Source: Vulcanimicrobiota bacterium (lineage in GTDB: Bacteria; Vulcanimicrobiota; Vulcanimicrobiia; Vulcanimicrobiales; Vulcanimicrobiaceae). From it: a stretch of 64,000 nt of DNA. Shown here piece by piece: positions 38,646 through 48,447 of this stretch; the stretch's first letter is position 1; each line of letters opens with the position of its first letter. Location of the stretch: assembly GCA_963714015.1 (NCBI GenBank), contig OY970223.1, forward strand, positions 2,880,001 through 2,944,000. The letters are read 5' to 3'. A program made the translations under genes and the position numbers. Below the pieces are notes generated by a model. That model was not told where the DNA came from. It saw only the letters and a program-made list of their open reading frames with translations, and made no database searches.

Positions 38646-39429
38646 CGGAATTCAAACCATTCTCCTGGAGATCGACGGTCCGACCGCGCTGATTACGCTG
38701 AATCGCCCGGACGTTTTGAACGCGCTCAACGCGCGCCTGCTGTCGGAACTTTCTCACACGCTCTCGGATCTCGAACGTAACGACGCCGTTCGCGCGGTCG
38801 TCATTACCGGATCCGGAACCAAAGCTTTCGCCGCGGGAGCGGACATCGGCGAACTGAACGAGCTTGCAAGCGCCGTCGAAGGCGCGGGCAAAGCCCGCGT
38901 GGGGCAAGCGATTACGCTGCAGATCGAACGCCTGCGCAAACCGGTGATCATGGCAATCAATGGATTCGCGCTCGGCGGAGGCTGCGAGCTTGCCATGGCG
39001 GGCGACGTTCGCATCGCTAGTGAGAACGCGCGCTTCGGTCAGCCGGAAGTCAATCTGGGATTGATTCCCGGCTACGGCGGATCGCAGCGGACGACTCGGT
39101 TGACCGGCAGAGGCATGGCGATGTATCTGTGTCTGACCGGCGAAATCATCGACGCCGCCGAAGCGCTGCGTATCGGCCTCGTACAGCGCGTGGTCCCCTT
39201 CGACTCGTTGCTCGGCGAAGCCAAGAAGATCGCTGCAACCATTGCGGCCAAAGCGCCCTTGGCAATCGAGGCGTGCAAACGAGCGATAAACGGCGGGGCG
39301 CATCTTCCGCTCGCCGACGCGCTCGAATTGGAGGCATTGGAGTTCGGTACGCTCGTGAACACGGCCGATTTCAAAGAAGGCACGAGCGCATTCCTCGAAA
39401 AGCGCAAACCGCAGTGGCGCGCGCGCTAA
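38629..39429 (+). CDS. crt: Enoyl-CoA hydratase (crotonase)
   Basis: AFAAGADI, ALGGGCELAM, GQPEVNLG. Confidence 0.88.
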   Translation: MTTPTSGIQTILLEIDGPTALITLNRPDVLNALNARLLSELSHTLSDLERNDAVRAVVITGSGTKAFAAGADIGELNELASAVEGAGKARVGQAITLQIERLRKPVIMAINGFALGGGCELAMAGDVRIASENARFGQPEVNLGLIPGYGGSQRTTRLTGRGMAMYLCLTGEIIDAAEALRIGLVQRVVPFDSLLGEAKKIAATIAAKAPLAIEACKRAINGGAHLPLADALELEALEFGTLVNTADFKEGTSAFLEKRKPQWRAR

Positions 39430-39432
39430 GGC

Positions 39433-41281
39433 TTACGCAGGCAAAACGACCGTTACGACGTTGCGGCCGTTTTCGCGATCGATAGCGACGCGTTCGGCGA
39501 GGCTATGAACCAAGAATAGTCCTCGCCCTTCTTCTGCGAACGGACTTACGTCCCGGTACTCGTATTTGAACGGGCGCCCCTTCGCAGCCATTTGCAAGAC
39601 GACGTGTCCGTCGCGCCGCTCGACTGCGAGCTTCGCCGAGCCGGGACTGTGTTTGGCGACGTTGCCGGCCAGTTCACCAAAAATCAGCTCCGCCACCGCC
39701 AGGTCGCTGTCGGGCGCGTTATCCGCAATGAATCTTACCATCTCGCCGCGCACGCGACGCGCCGCGCCCGGATCCGTTGCGTCGAACGTCCATACCCATC
39801 GTTCGGTGCCGGAAGTCCGGACTCGCGCTGAGCGAACCGTCAGCACCGCCGAGTCGTCGCGCGGAGTAATCTTTTCGAACACCCGAGTCTGAATTTCACG
39901 CGCAGGCTCTTCCGATTCAAGGACTCGCTCATCGGAAACGATTTGGCGCAGTCGCGCCGCGCCTTGCAGCAGATCGCGTTCCGCCTCGATGAGTCCGTCG
40001 GTATACATCACCAAGAGTGCATCTTCGGGCATTTCCATCTCGGCAATTTGGTACTCGGCAGTAGCGTCGACGCCCAAGATTAATCCCTCGGCTTCGAGCG
40101 TGCTGATTCCGCCGTCGTGCACGAGCAGCGGCGGCGGATGCCCGGCGCTCGAGAAACGCAATCGACGCGCCGGCACGTCGAGCGTTGCGAAGAACGCGCT
40201 TACCAGCCATCCTTCCGCGCAGACCATCCGGTTTACGATGCCGAGCACTTCGGACGGACTGAAATGTTCGCGCGCCACGGTACGGATAGCCTGACGTGCC
40301 GCCCCCATAATCGTCGCAGCTCTGCAATCCGCTACCTGAGACGTCCCCGACGCTGAGCGCAAGCACGTCATCGTCGAGCGGAAAGGCGTCGTACCAATCG
40401 CCCCCGATCTCGGTACCTTCGGACGCGGGTGAGTACGCAGTCGATATATCCAGACCCGGGATCCGCGGCGTATCCTGCGGCAGCAGCGCCTGCTGCAGCG
40501 TGGAAGCGACGCGATGTTCTCGACGAACCCGCTTTGCCATGGCGCGATAGACGCTGTCGAGATCGGCGACCTCATCGTCGCCGCCGATCTCTTCCGGATT
40601 TCCCCCTTCGCCCAAGATGCGCGCGTTGTCGGCCAGCTGCTGGAGGCGTTGCGCCAATCGCAAACCGAATCGCGCCGTCGTCAGAAGCGTGGCAAGTATG
40701 CCCGCGGCCGTCAAGCCGGTCATCGCCGCGGTGAACAAGTCTAGCCGTCTACGGAGTCCGTCGAACCGCCGGATTGCGAGCACGCGTTCCTGCGCGTCGA
40801 AATCGTCTTTGGCGTTCGTCAACTCTTGCGTGAGCGCACTCGTGCGCGGATCCGAATCCATCGCCCGCGCCGCCCGCAGGTCGCCGCTTTGCACGAAGCT
40901 CACGTAACGCCGCAAAAGGTTCAGCCCTTGCAGATAGTAAGATGTAAGGAGACGCGCTCGGGCCGCCTGCGGCGGGTTGTCGGCGACCAGGTCTTGCAGC
41001 GTTCGCAATTGCGCCGGAATTACCGCGATCGACTTGCGATAGGTCCGCAGCGCGTCCGGTTGACGGGTGGATTCGTACTGCACCGCGCCGGCGTCGGCTA
41101 GATCCAACGTTCGCGAGAGGGTATTGGACGCGTTCAGAACCATCGCCGAATGCTGCGACCACCAAGCTGCTTCTTGAGCTTTTTGCTGGAGGACGATGGC
41201 GAGCACGAGCAGCAAAAGCAAAAAGCCCAGCGGAATGATGCTGAGCAGAACGGCTCGTGCGCGAATGCGCCGTGCTGGCAC
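39433..41281 (-). CDS. CHASE3-HAMP-PP2C(SpoIIE)-HATPase sensor (frameshift ~40330)
   Basis: Two TMs flanking a CHASE3-like loop, GGDWYD, GDVSG, YTDGLIE, DDSA, ELAGNVAKH, GRGL. Confidence 0.85.
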
Positions 41282-41337
41282 GAGCGATTCTTTGGCGACC
41301 CGGAAGCCGGGAGCCTGGCGCCGAAAACTCGTCCTGG

Positions 41338-42075
41338 ATGAATCGTTACATTGCGCTGCTTACTGCCGCGGCTGCGCTTGCTTTCCCGGCAGCGGCACTC
41401 GCCTCCGACGCCGGAACGGTGGCCGCCGACGCACGAATCGTGCTCGCGAAAACCGTTCGCGCAATGGGCGCGGATCCACGCGGCATCCGCATTTCGGCAG
41501 TAGCGCTGAACGGCGAGCGCGCTTCCTTCACGTGGAGCGACGGCTCGGCAACGCACACCGGAACGATGGAACGTCTGGGGAATCGGTGGCTGCTCGAGCC
41601 CGCAGCCGCGGCACCGCTCGCCGCTGATTCGCTCAGCATCCGCCAGAGCGGCGGGAGCATCGATCCGCCGCCGGCTCAAATGGCCGCGTACGGAATCGCG
41701 ATCCGCTATGCGGCCAACGATGCCGTTTCCGGATCGCGGTTTTCGTTCTTTTACGCCAGAACGCCGACGCCGGCCGAGTTCTTACCGTATCCGACGACCT
41801 ATCCGTTCTCGAGTGATTCGGTGCTCTATTTCGACCTCGGCATCGACGGACAAAAGCCGATCGCATTCACGCCGGGAACCGTCATCGACGTGTGGTTTCC
41901 GTTCGTTTTGGACGACGGACTGGATTACGCGATCTTCATGGACGGCGCGGCAAAGCCGATAGGCCCGCTCGCTTCAACGCCGGTTTTCGACAATACGCTG
42001 CACTTCGTGCTCCCCGCGTTCGTTGCTCGACCCGGCATCATGCTGCGTTTTGAGGTCGACGCGAACCCGCGGTAG
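41338..42075 (+). CDS. Secreted hypothetical protein
   Basis: MNRYIALLTAAAALAFPAAALA signal. Confidence 0.7.
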   Translation: MNRYIALLTAAAALAFPAAALASDAGTVAADARIVLAKTVRAMGADPRGIRISAVALNGERASFTWSDGSATHTGTMERLGNRWLLEPAAAAPLAADSLSIRQSGGSIDPPPAQMAAYGIAIRYAANDAVSGSRFSFFYARTPTPAEFLPYPTTYPFSSDSVLYFDLGIDGQKPIAFTPGTVIDVWFPFVLDDGLDYAIFMDGAAKPIGPLASTPVFDNTLHFVLPAFVARPGIMLRFEVDANPR

Positions 42076-42077
42076 CT

Positions 42078-42602
42078 CTACGAAGAACCTTTGGACAGCG
42101 CGCTTTCGGCGTGTGCCATGTTCATTTGAATCGCGGGATTGAACCCTTGCCAAGAGGCCTGAATGCGGCCCTGCGGATCCACGACGACCATCGTCGGGAA
42201 TCCGTCCAGCTGAAAAAATCCTTGTGAGAGCATTCGTTCGTCGAGCGCGACGTGCAACATGTGATGCGCTCTTGCGTAAGCCTGCACGACGAGCCGCGGC
42301 TCACCGACGTCGACCGGTACGACGTCCACTTCGGGATGCGCGCGCGCGAACGACTCCACCAGCGGAAGCGAGAGTTTGCACGGCTCGCACCAGGACGCCC
42401 AAAAATCGAGGAACACGACCCGTCCGCGATGCTGCGCCAAATTGAACGGCGGTCCTGAAAGGGTCTGATACGTCACATGGGGCGCGGGAACGGCGTGCGA
42501 ATTCATCGCGCGCGGCGCGATGAAGATGCGGTACAGCACGAATGCAATCGCCGCGACGGCCAGGAGATCGAAAAATCTCCCGGCCGTGAGCCAACGCTTC
42601 AT
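42078..42602 (-). CDS. TlpA-family thiol:disulfide oxidoreductase
   Basis: N-terminal TM, FWASWCEPC, GFPT. Confidence 0.92.
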   Translation of the reverse strand: MKRWLTAGRFFDLLAVAAIAFVLYRIFIAPRAMNSHAVPAPHVTYQTLSGPPFNLAQHRGRVVFLDFWASWCEPCKLSLPLVESFARAHPEVDVVPVDVGEPRLVVQAYARAHHMLHVALDERMLSQGFFQLDGFPTMVVVDPQGRIQASWQGFNPAIQMNMAHAESALSKGSS

Positions 42603-43819
42603 TCCGCAGTGAAGACGGCAGCGATGCCTTGTCCGCCGCCGATGCAGGCCGACGCGACGGCAAAGCCGCCGCCGTTCCTGCGCAGATCGTGAAGCGCAGT
42701 AAGTGCGAGCCTTGCGCCGGACGCGCCGAGCGGATGTCCGAGCGAGATTGCTCCGCCATGGGGATTGAGCCTAGCGGGGCCCGAGCTTGTCGAAGAGTTC
42801 GTGCCCATCTCCTTAAGGCATGCGAGCACTTGCGGCGCGAACGCTTCGTTGATCTCCATCACCGCAAGGTCTTTTTCGCCGATGCCGGCCGTGGCGAGCG
42901 CTTTCGGTATAGCGACGGCGGGACCGATGCCCATGATATCCGGATCGACGCCGACGACGCTGCCGCTTAGCAGCCGGCCCATCCACTCGATACCGTCGGC
43001 CCGCGCTTGTTTGACTGTGGTCAACACCACCGCGGCGGCGCCGTCCGTAATTCCGCTGGCGTTACCGGGCGTTACGACGCCGTCCTTACGAAAACGCGGC
43101 GGCAATTTGCCGAGCTTTTCAATAGAAAGCCCGGCGCGCGGGCCCTCGTCCTTGTCGATCGTGGTCACGTTACCTTTGCGATCGTGCATCTCCATCGCCG
43201 CGATCTCTTCGGCGAAGTAGCCGTCGGACTGCGAGGCGAGCGCGCGTTCTTGCGATGCCAGTGCGAATTCGTCGCAAGCTTCACGCGCGATGCCGTAGCG
43301 TTCCGCCAGATTCTCGGCGGTGATAGCCATCGGCATTCCGTTGTACGAATCGGTCAAGGCTTCCCAAAGCGTGTCTTCAAATTTCACCTGCGCGCCCAGC
43401 GGAAACCCGTTTCGCGCGCCGCGAACGACGTGCGGAGCTTGACTCATCGATTCGGTACCGCCGGCGAGCGCGTACGTCGTTTGCCCGAGCTTGAGCGAGT
43501 TGGCCGCGGTGAGTATGGCTTGCAGGCCGCTTCCGCAAAGACGGTTCAGCGTCAGCGCCGGTACGCCCAGCGGAATGCCGGCCCGCAAGCCGACGTGACG
43601 GGCGAGATAGATTGCGTCGGCACTCGTCTGCATGACGTTGCCGAACACGACGTCGTCGATCCGATCCTTGGGCACACCGCTCCGGCTTATTGCGGCCTCG
43701 GCCGCGTGCACCGCCAAGTCGGTTGCAGTAAAGCCGGAAAGCACGCCTCCAAAGTTGCCGAAGGGCGTGCGCGCGCCGGCCACCACCACGATGTCGTTGT
43801 CGGAAATGGGCATGTTCAT
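42599..43819 (-). CDS. Acetyl-CoA C-acyltransferase (thiolase)
   Basis: NRLCGSG, NEAFA, GHPLGASG, CIGGGQG. Confidence 0.95.
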   Translation of the reverse strand: MNMPISDNDIVVVAGARTPFGNFGGVLSGFTATDLAVHAAEAAISRSGVPKDRIDDVVFGNVMQTSADAIYLARHVGLRAGIPLGVPALTLNRLCGSGLQAILTAANSLKLGQTTYALAGGTESMSQAPHVVRGARNGFPLGAQVKFEDTLWEALTDSYNGMPMAITAENLAERYGIAREACDEFALASQERALASQSDGYFAEEIAAMEMHDRKGNVTTIDKDEGPRAGLSIEKLGKLPPRFRKDGVVTPGNASGITDGAAAVVLTTVKQARADGIEWMGRLLSGSVVGVDPDIMGIGPAVAIPKALATAGIGEKDLAVMEINEAFAPQVLACLKEMGTNSSTSSGPARLNPHGGAISLGHPLGASGARLALTALHDLRRNGGGFAVASACIGGGQGIAAVFTAE

Positions 43820-43882
43820 AGGGCTACAGACTCTCTATGCCCGAGGCGGGGTTTCCCGCCGCCGCGCGGAACCCAGGTGCCC

Positions 43883-44830
43883 ATGCCGATGACCCGTCCT
43901 GCGGCCGTCACGCTTGACGCCCGCTCGCTTTCGCCTGCAAACAAAACCGAGCAGATCGTGGAAGCGTTCGACAAGCTTTCTATGGGAGGCATCCTCGAGA
44001 TTCACGAGGAGTCCGATCCGCGCGCGCTTCGCAACGAGCTCACTCAGCTGCGTCCCGGAAAATTCTCCTGGGATGCGCGCAATCTGGGTTCCAACCGCTG
44101 GACCGTCCGTCTGGAGCGAATCGACGAAAACGCCGAAGGAGAAGCCTTCCTTCAACACGTCGCGCCCTTTGCTGCGGCAAGATCCGGCACCGTGCGCGAG
44201 TTGTCCGGCCAAATGAGTGAGCGGCAGTTCAAAGCGGGCGAGACGATCTTCGACGAGGGCGAGATGTGGCCGTACCTCGGTATCGTCAAGCACGGCAAGG
44301 TCATCCTTACGCTGCTCTCACCGGACGGCAAAACGCACACGCTCGGCGAGCGTCTGACGCACGACACGCTGAACGACTCCGGAACGTTCGATCAGGGCGG
44401 CGCCACGACACGTGCCGAGGCATTGACCGACGCCGTGGTCGTCACGCTTCCGAGCGACGCGGTCATGCACGCGTGCCGCAACGATGCCGAACTCGCGCTC
44501 GGATTCTTAGCATCCGCATCGCAAGGCCGGCGCCGTTCGATCGACACGATCGCCGACCTCGCATTTGCGCACGTGCTTCAGCGCGTCGCAAAGTTCTTGC
44601 TTGGATATGCGCGCGCTTCCGTCGGCATGACGCGCGGACTACCCGGCGTCGAAAACCTGTCTCAAGCGCAGATCGCAGCAGCCGCGGGCACCGTTCGCGA
44701 CATGGCCGCGCGCGCGCTGCTGCGCTTGAAAAATGCCGGCGCGGTCGAGCTCGATCGCGGCCGCGTCAAAGCCATCGATCGCGCGAAGCTCGATGCCTTC
44801 GCCCAAAACGTCCAAGCCCCGCCGGTTTAA
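43883..44830 (+). CDS. DUF2249-Crp/Fnr transcriptional regulator
   Basis: LDARSLSP...DPRAL N-domain, cNMP-binding fold, LSQAQIAAAAGTVRDMAARAL HTH. Confidence 0.85.
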   Translation: MPMTRPAAVTLDARSLSPANKTEQIVEAFDKLSMGGILEIHEESDPRALRNELTQLRPGKFSWDARNLGSNRWTVRLERIDENAEGEAFLQHVAPFAAARSGTVRELSGQMSERQFKAGETIFDEGEMWPYLGIVKHGKVILTLLSPDGKTHTLGERLTHDTLNDSGTFDQGGATTRAEALTDAVVVTLPSDAVMHACRNDAELALGFLASASQGRRRSIDTIADLAFAHVLQRVAKFLLGYARASVGMTRGLPGVENLSQAQIAAAAGTVRDMAARALLRLKNAGAVELDRGRVKAIDRAKLDAFAQNVQAPPV

Positions 44831-45071
44831 TCGCCGGACCGCCGCGGCGCGGCGTTATAAATTTGCGGCTTCGAATTGACGCAAGTTATCTTGGGCGCTG
44901 CGGCCCGCGGGTCTCGTGCCTCCGGCGCGCTCCGACTTTTTCGGCCCAGCCAGGATGGCTGCTTCAACGCTTGCGTTGCCGAAAAAGCGGCGCGAACCAG
45001 AAAATTTTCATGGATGGAAATTTTCTAGCGGCGCCAGGAGGCTCGAGACCCGCGGGTCGCAGCGCCAAAGA

Positions 45072-46043
45072 TTAAATTGCGGAAAGCGCTTGCGAGAAGT
45101 TTGAAACTGGGATAACGCGGATGCCGCGAGTGTTGCGGATTTCGGCATAGTTTTCGCGCGGAACGAGGAAGATCGATGCGCCTGCTTCCCGCGCAGCGAC
45201 CACTTTTTGACGCGCGCCTTCGATCGGCCCGACGGAGCCGTCGTAAGCGATCGTACCGGTTCCGGCGACGCGTGCATAGTGCCGGCTGCGCGACGGGTGC
45301 AGCGAGCGGTAAATGTCCAACGCGAACATCAACCCCGCCGAACTGCCGGCGACGCCCGGCAAGTGGAATTGGACGGCGACCGGAATTTCCGGGCGTTGAT
45401 AGATCGTGGTGAGATACGCGCCGAGCGCGGTTCGCGTCCCGTAACGCATCGTCGGCACTTGCAGCCGGAATTCGCGGCCGCGCCGGTAGACGGCCATGAT
45501 TACCGCAGTTCCTGGCCGTACGCCCTGAAGGGCGTGCCGCACATCGACGTTCGACGCGATGGGATGCCCGTTCAACGAAACCAGGACGTCCATGGCGCGC
45601 AGAACGTGCTTGGCCGGCGCGAAGGGCGCAAAGTAGACGGCGAGCACGCGCGTGCGCGGCACCGGTACGCGTAAACCGGCCTGGCGCTCGGCTACGAACG
45701 CCGCAATCGATTGACTCTCGCTCATTGCCTCGCGTTCGAGTCCGTCGTACTCTTCCGCCGTCACGCCTTGCATCAGTATGCCGTCGGTGCGAACGACTTC
45801 GGCTCCGGGGATGAGCGCGCTGAGCAGCTGTAGAGGGGTAACGCGCGCAGCGAAGCGCACGTCGGTAAGGTAGAAATCCGTCGTGGGCTGACGGTGATTG
45901 GCGACTGTCACGACGTCGCGCAGGCGGATGGCATCGCCCGGCAGCATGAGCGAAAACGGCGTATGGGCGTATGAGGCGACGGCCGCCAGTACGGCAGCCG
46001 CCACGTAAACCGCTAACTTAGTACCGGCAAGCCGCAGGCGCAT
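45072..46043 (-). CDS. PDZ plus Lon-like S16 protease (YlbL type)
   Basis: MSESQ, GSSAGLMFAL, AGTGTI, GARQKV. Confidence 0.88.
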   Translation of the reverse strand: MRLRLAGTKLAVYVAAAVLAAVASYAHTPFSLMLPGDAIRLRDVVTVANHRQPTTDFYLTDVRFAARVTPLQLLSALIPGAEVVRTDGILMQGVTAEEYDGLEREAMSESQSIAAFVAERQAGLRVPVPRTRVLAVYFAPFAPAKHVLRAMDVLVSLNGHPIASNVDVRHALQGVRPGTAVIMAVYRRGREFRLQVPTMRYGTRTALGAYLTTIYQRPEIPVAVQFHLPGVAGSSAGLMFALDIYRSLHPSRSRHYARVAGTGTIAYDGSVGPIEGARQKVVAAREAGASIFLVPRENYAEIRNTRGIRVIPVSNFSQALSAI

Positions 46044-46050
46044 CGCATTT

Positions 46051-46611
46051 CTATTGTACCAATTCCACCGGCCGGATAGCGGCAGTTTCCTCTGCAGCCT
46101 GGGCATCAAATGCCGCCCGTTTGCTCTTTGCGGCAGCGTCGGCAAGGGGTTGCGGCTGCTGCGCCGTTTGGGCCCGGGGCGTCAGAGCCTCGCGTCCTTT
46201 ACGCACGGAACCCAGCGCGCCCGAGAGCCGGCCCTCGAGTTCTCCGAGCAGCTGCGCAGCGTATTGATCGGCGCCGTCGCGGACTTTGCGGGCTCGTTCT
46301 TCCGCGTCGTGAAGAAGCACGTCGGCAGTCTTGCGCGCACGCTGCACGATCTCGTGATCGTCGAGCAGCTCTTCGTGCTTGCTCGTCGCCTCGGTGACGA
46401 TAGCCTGGGCCTTCTCCTGTGCGACGCGGATCATGCGCTCTTGATCCTTAGCGATCATTTTTGCGCGGCCGACCTCTTCGGGGAGCGAGGATCGTATCTT
46501 TTCAATGAACTCGATCAGCCGCTCCTCGCTCAGCACGCGGTATCCGGCGGGCAACCACGTACCTTCGTGAACGTACGTTTCGAGCTTTTCAAGAACGCGA
46601 TAAACGGACAC
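46051..46611 (-). CDS. Conserved coiled-coil protein of the coaD operon
   Basis: IRSSLPEEV..A, GADQYA; position after coaD. Confidence 0.8.
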   Translation of the reverse strand: MSVYRVLEKLETYVHEGTWLPAGYRVLSEERLIEFIEKIRSSLPEEVGRAKMIAKDQERMIRVAQEKAQAIVTEATSKHEELLDDHEIVQRARKTADVLLHDAEERARKVRDGADQYAAQLLGELEGRLSGALGSVRKGREALTPRAQTAQQPQPLADAAAKSKRAAFDAQAAEETAAIRPVELVQ

Positions 46612-46622
46612 TGACAGCCTCC

Positions 46623-47144
46623 CTAGTTACTACTGCGAAGCGTAGCCCGCTTCGTGGCCATGACACGCATCACCGGATCCGGCACCAGCGCGGCGACGTC
46701 TCCGCCCAAGAAGAACACTTCTTTGACGATGCTGGAACTAACGAACGAGTACCGCTGATCGGACATGAGGAACATCGTGTCGACGTCCGAGAGCGCCCGG
46801 TTCATGAGCGCCGTCGACATTTCGTTTTCGAAGTCCGACACGACTCGCAGCCCTTTGACGATGACGTCGGCTTCCCGCGCCTTCACGTAATCCGCGAGCA
46901 GTCCCCGAAAGTGCTCGACGCGAACGTTCGGCAGATTTGAAACGCACTCGCGAATCATCTCCTCGCGGTCTTGCAGCGTGAACATCGGTTCGCGCTTTTG
47001 CGGATTGACGACGACGGCGACGATCAACTCGCTGAAGTACTTCGCAGCGCGCTGAATGACGTCCAGGTGACCGTTCGTGGGAGGATCGAACGATCCGGGG
47101 TAGATGGCCCGCGCGGCGCGGAGCGGGCGGCCGTTAGAATTCAC
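46623..47144 (-). CDS. coaD: Phosphopantetheine adenylyltransferase
   Basis: YPGSFDPPTNGH, KGLRVVSDFENE, VSSSIVKE. Confidence 0.97.
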   Translation of the reverse strand: MNSNGRPLRAARAIYPGSFDPPTNGHLDVIQRAAKYFSELIVAVVVNPQKREPMFTLQDREEMIRECVSNLPNVRVEHFRGLLADYVKAREADVIVKGLRVVSDFENEMSTALMNRALSDVDTMFLMSDQRYSFVSSSIVKEVFFLGGDVAALVPDPVMRVMATKRATLRSSN

Positions 47145-47707
47145 GGACGCTGCTCTGTGCCGGTACCGCTCGGCGTGAAAAAGGCCAGCGCGACATCGCC
47201 GTACACTTCTTCGCGCACACCGCGGTACCCCGGTATCTCGGGCAGAATCGTGCGCGCGCTGTGTTCGAACACGACCAGGGCGTCGGCCGCCAGTAAATTG
47301 CGTTCCAGCAGCAGGCGGAACATCTGCACCGGCAGTTCCTCGGCATACGGCGGGTCGGCATAGACGATGTCGAAATGTCCTTCCAATCGATAGAGCGCGC
47401 GATCGACCGGAGCGGCGACGACCGTCACGTGTTTTGCAACGCCGAACGTCTGGGCCGCTTCACGAATGGCCTCGGCAGTCTCGCGGTGTCCTTCGACTGA
47501 AACGACTTCGGCTGCGCCGCGTGAGGCCGCCTCGAAACCGATCGCGCCGGTACCGGCAAAGAGATCGAGAAAGCGCGCGCCCTCGATGCGCGGCGCGATA
47601 ATCGAAAACAGCGACTCTTTGACGCGGCCCGGTGTTGGACGCACGGTCATGCCTTTGGGCGATTTCAACTTGCGGCTGCCCAAACTTCCGCCGGTGATCT
47701 TCGGCAC
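47141..47707 (-). CDS. rsmD: 16S rRNA m2G966 methyltransferase
   Basis: RPTPGRVKESLF, LDLFAGTG, DPPY. Confidence 0.93.
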   Translation of the reverse strand: MPKITGGSLGSRKLKSPKGMTVRPTPGRVKESLFSIIAPRIEGARFLDLFAGTGAIGFEAASRGAAEVVSVEGHRETAEAIREAAQTFGVAKHVTVVAAPVDRALYRLEGHFDIVYADPPYAEELPVQMFRLLLERNLLAADALVVFEHSARTILPEIPGYRGVREEVYGDVALAFFTPSGTGTEQRP

Positions 47708-47718
47708 AGCCGTCAGTT

Positions 47719-48447
47719 CTACACCAGCGTCGAGAGTTCCGTGAGGCTGTGGATAACGGCGCTCGGCGCAGGAAGCTCCTTCGGATACGCGGCGTCTTCG
47801 CTGTCGAACCATATTCCTTGCATGCCGGCGTTGAGCGAACCCGCAACGTCACTTTCGGGCGTATCCCCGACGAATGCGATCTCCGGCGCTCTTGCGCCCA
47901 GAGCTCGCGTCAATGCATCGAACGCTGCGGCCTGCGGCTTCTGTACGCCGATGTCGGCGCTGACGATTACCGGACCGTCGAACCCAACCTGTTCCGCCTT
48001 ACGCTGCTGAAGCGGGGACCATCCGTTGGTCAAAATGGCGTATGGAATGCGGCGCCCGCGCAGTACCCCTAGCATCTCTGCAATTCCCGGCTCCGGAACG
48101 ACGAAGAATTCGACCATTTCCAACGTCATGCGCTTGTAGCGTTCCGGAAAGCTTGCCGGCTCCGGCGCTCCGCGATCGCGCATGAACGTTTCCACGGCTT
48201 CCTCAATCGTGAAAGCTCCGGATCGCTGCCTGGCAAGCAACGTGTCGATACTCTGGATTTCTTCCGCGAGCGAGCCCAAACAGCGGCCGCCGTTCGCGCA
48301 CGCCAGAGTCAGCAGACGCAGGAACGCGACGCGTTCGAGCTTGTTGTCTATTCCCAGCGTATGATCGAAGTCGAAACCGACGGCGGCGATCGCTATGTCG
48401 GGCCTGGGCCTTGCACGACGCGCACGAACGCCGCCGGATCGATCCAT
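47719..48447 (-). CDS. HAD-family hydrolase (start uncertain)
   Basis: FDFDHTL, LTNG, KP, VGDTPESDV. Confidence 0.85.
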   Translation of the reverse strand: MDRSGGVRARRARPRPDIAIAAVGFDFDHTLGIDNKLERVAFLRLLTLACANGGRCLGSLAEEIQSIDTLLARQRSGAFTIEEAVETFMRDRGAPEPASFPERYKRMTLEMVEFFVVPEPGIAEMLGVLRGRRIPYAILTNGWSPLQQRKAEQVGFDGPVIVSADIGVQKPQAAAFDALTRALGARAPEIAFVGDTPESDVAGSLNAGMQGIWFDSEDAAYPKELPAPSAVIHSLTELSTLV

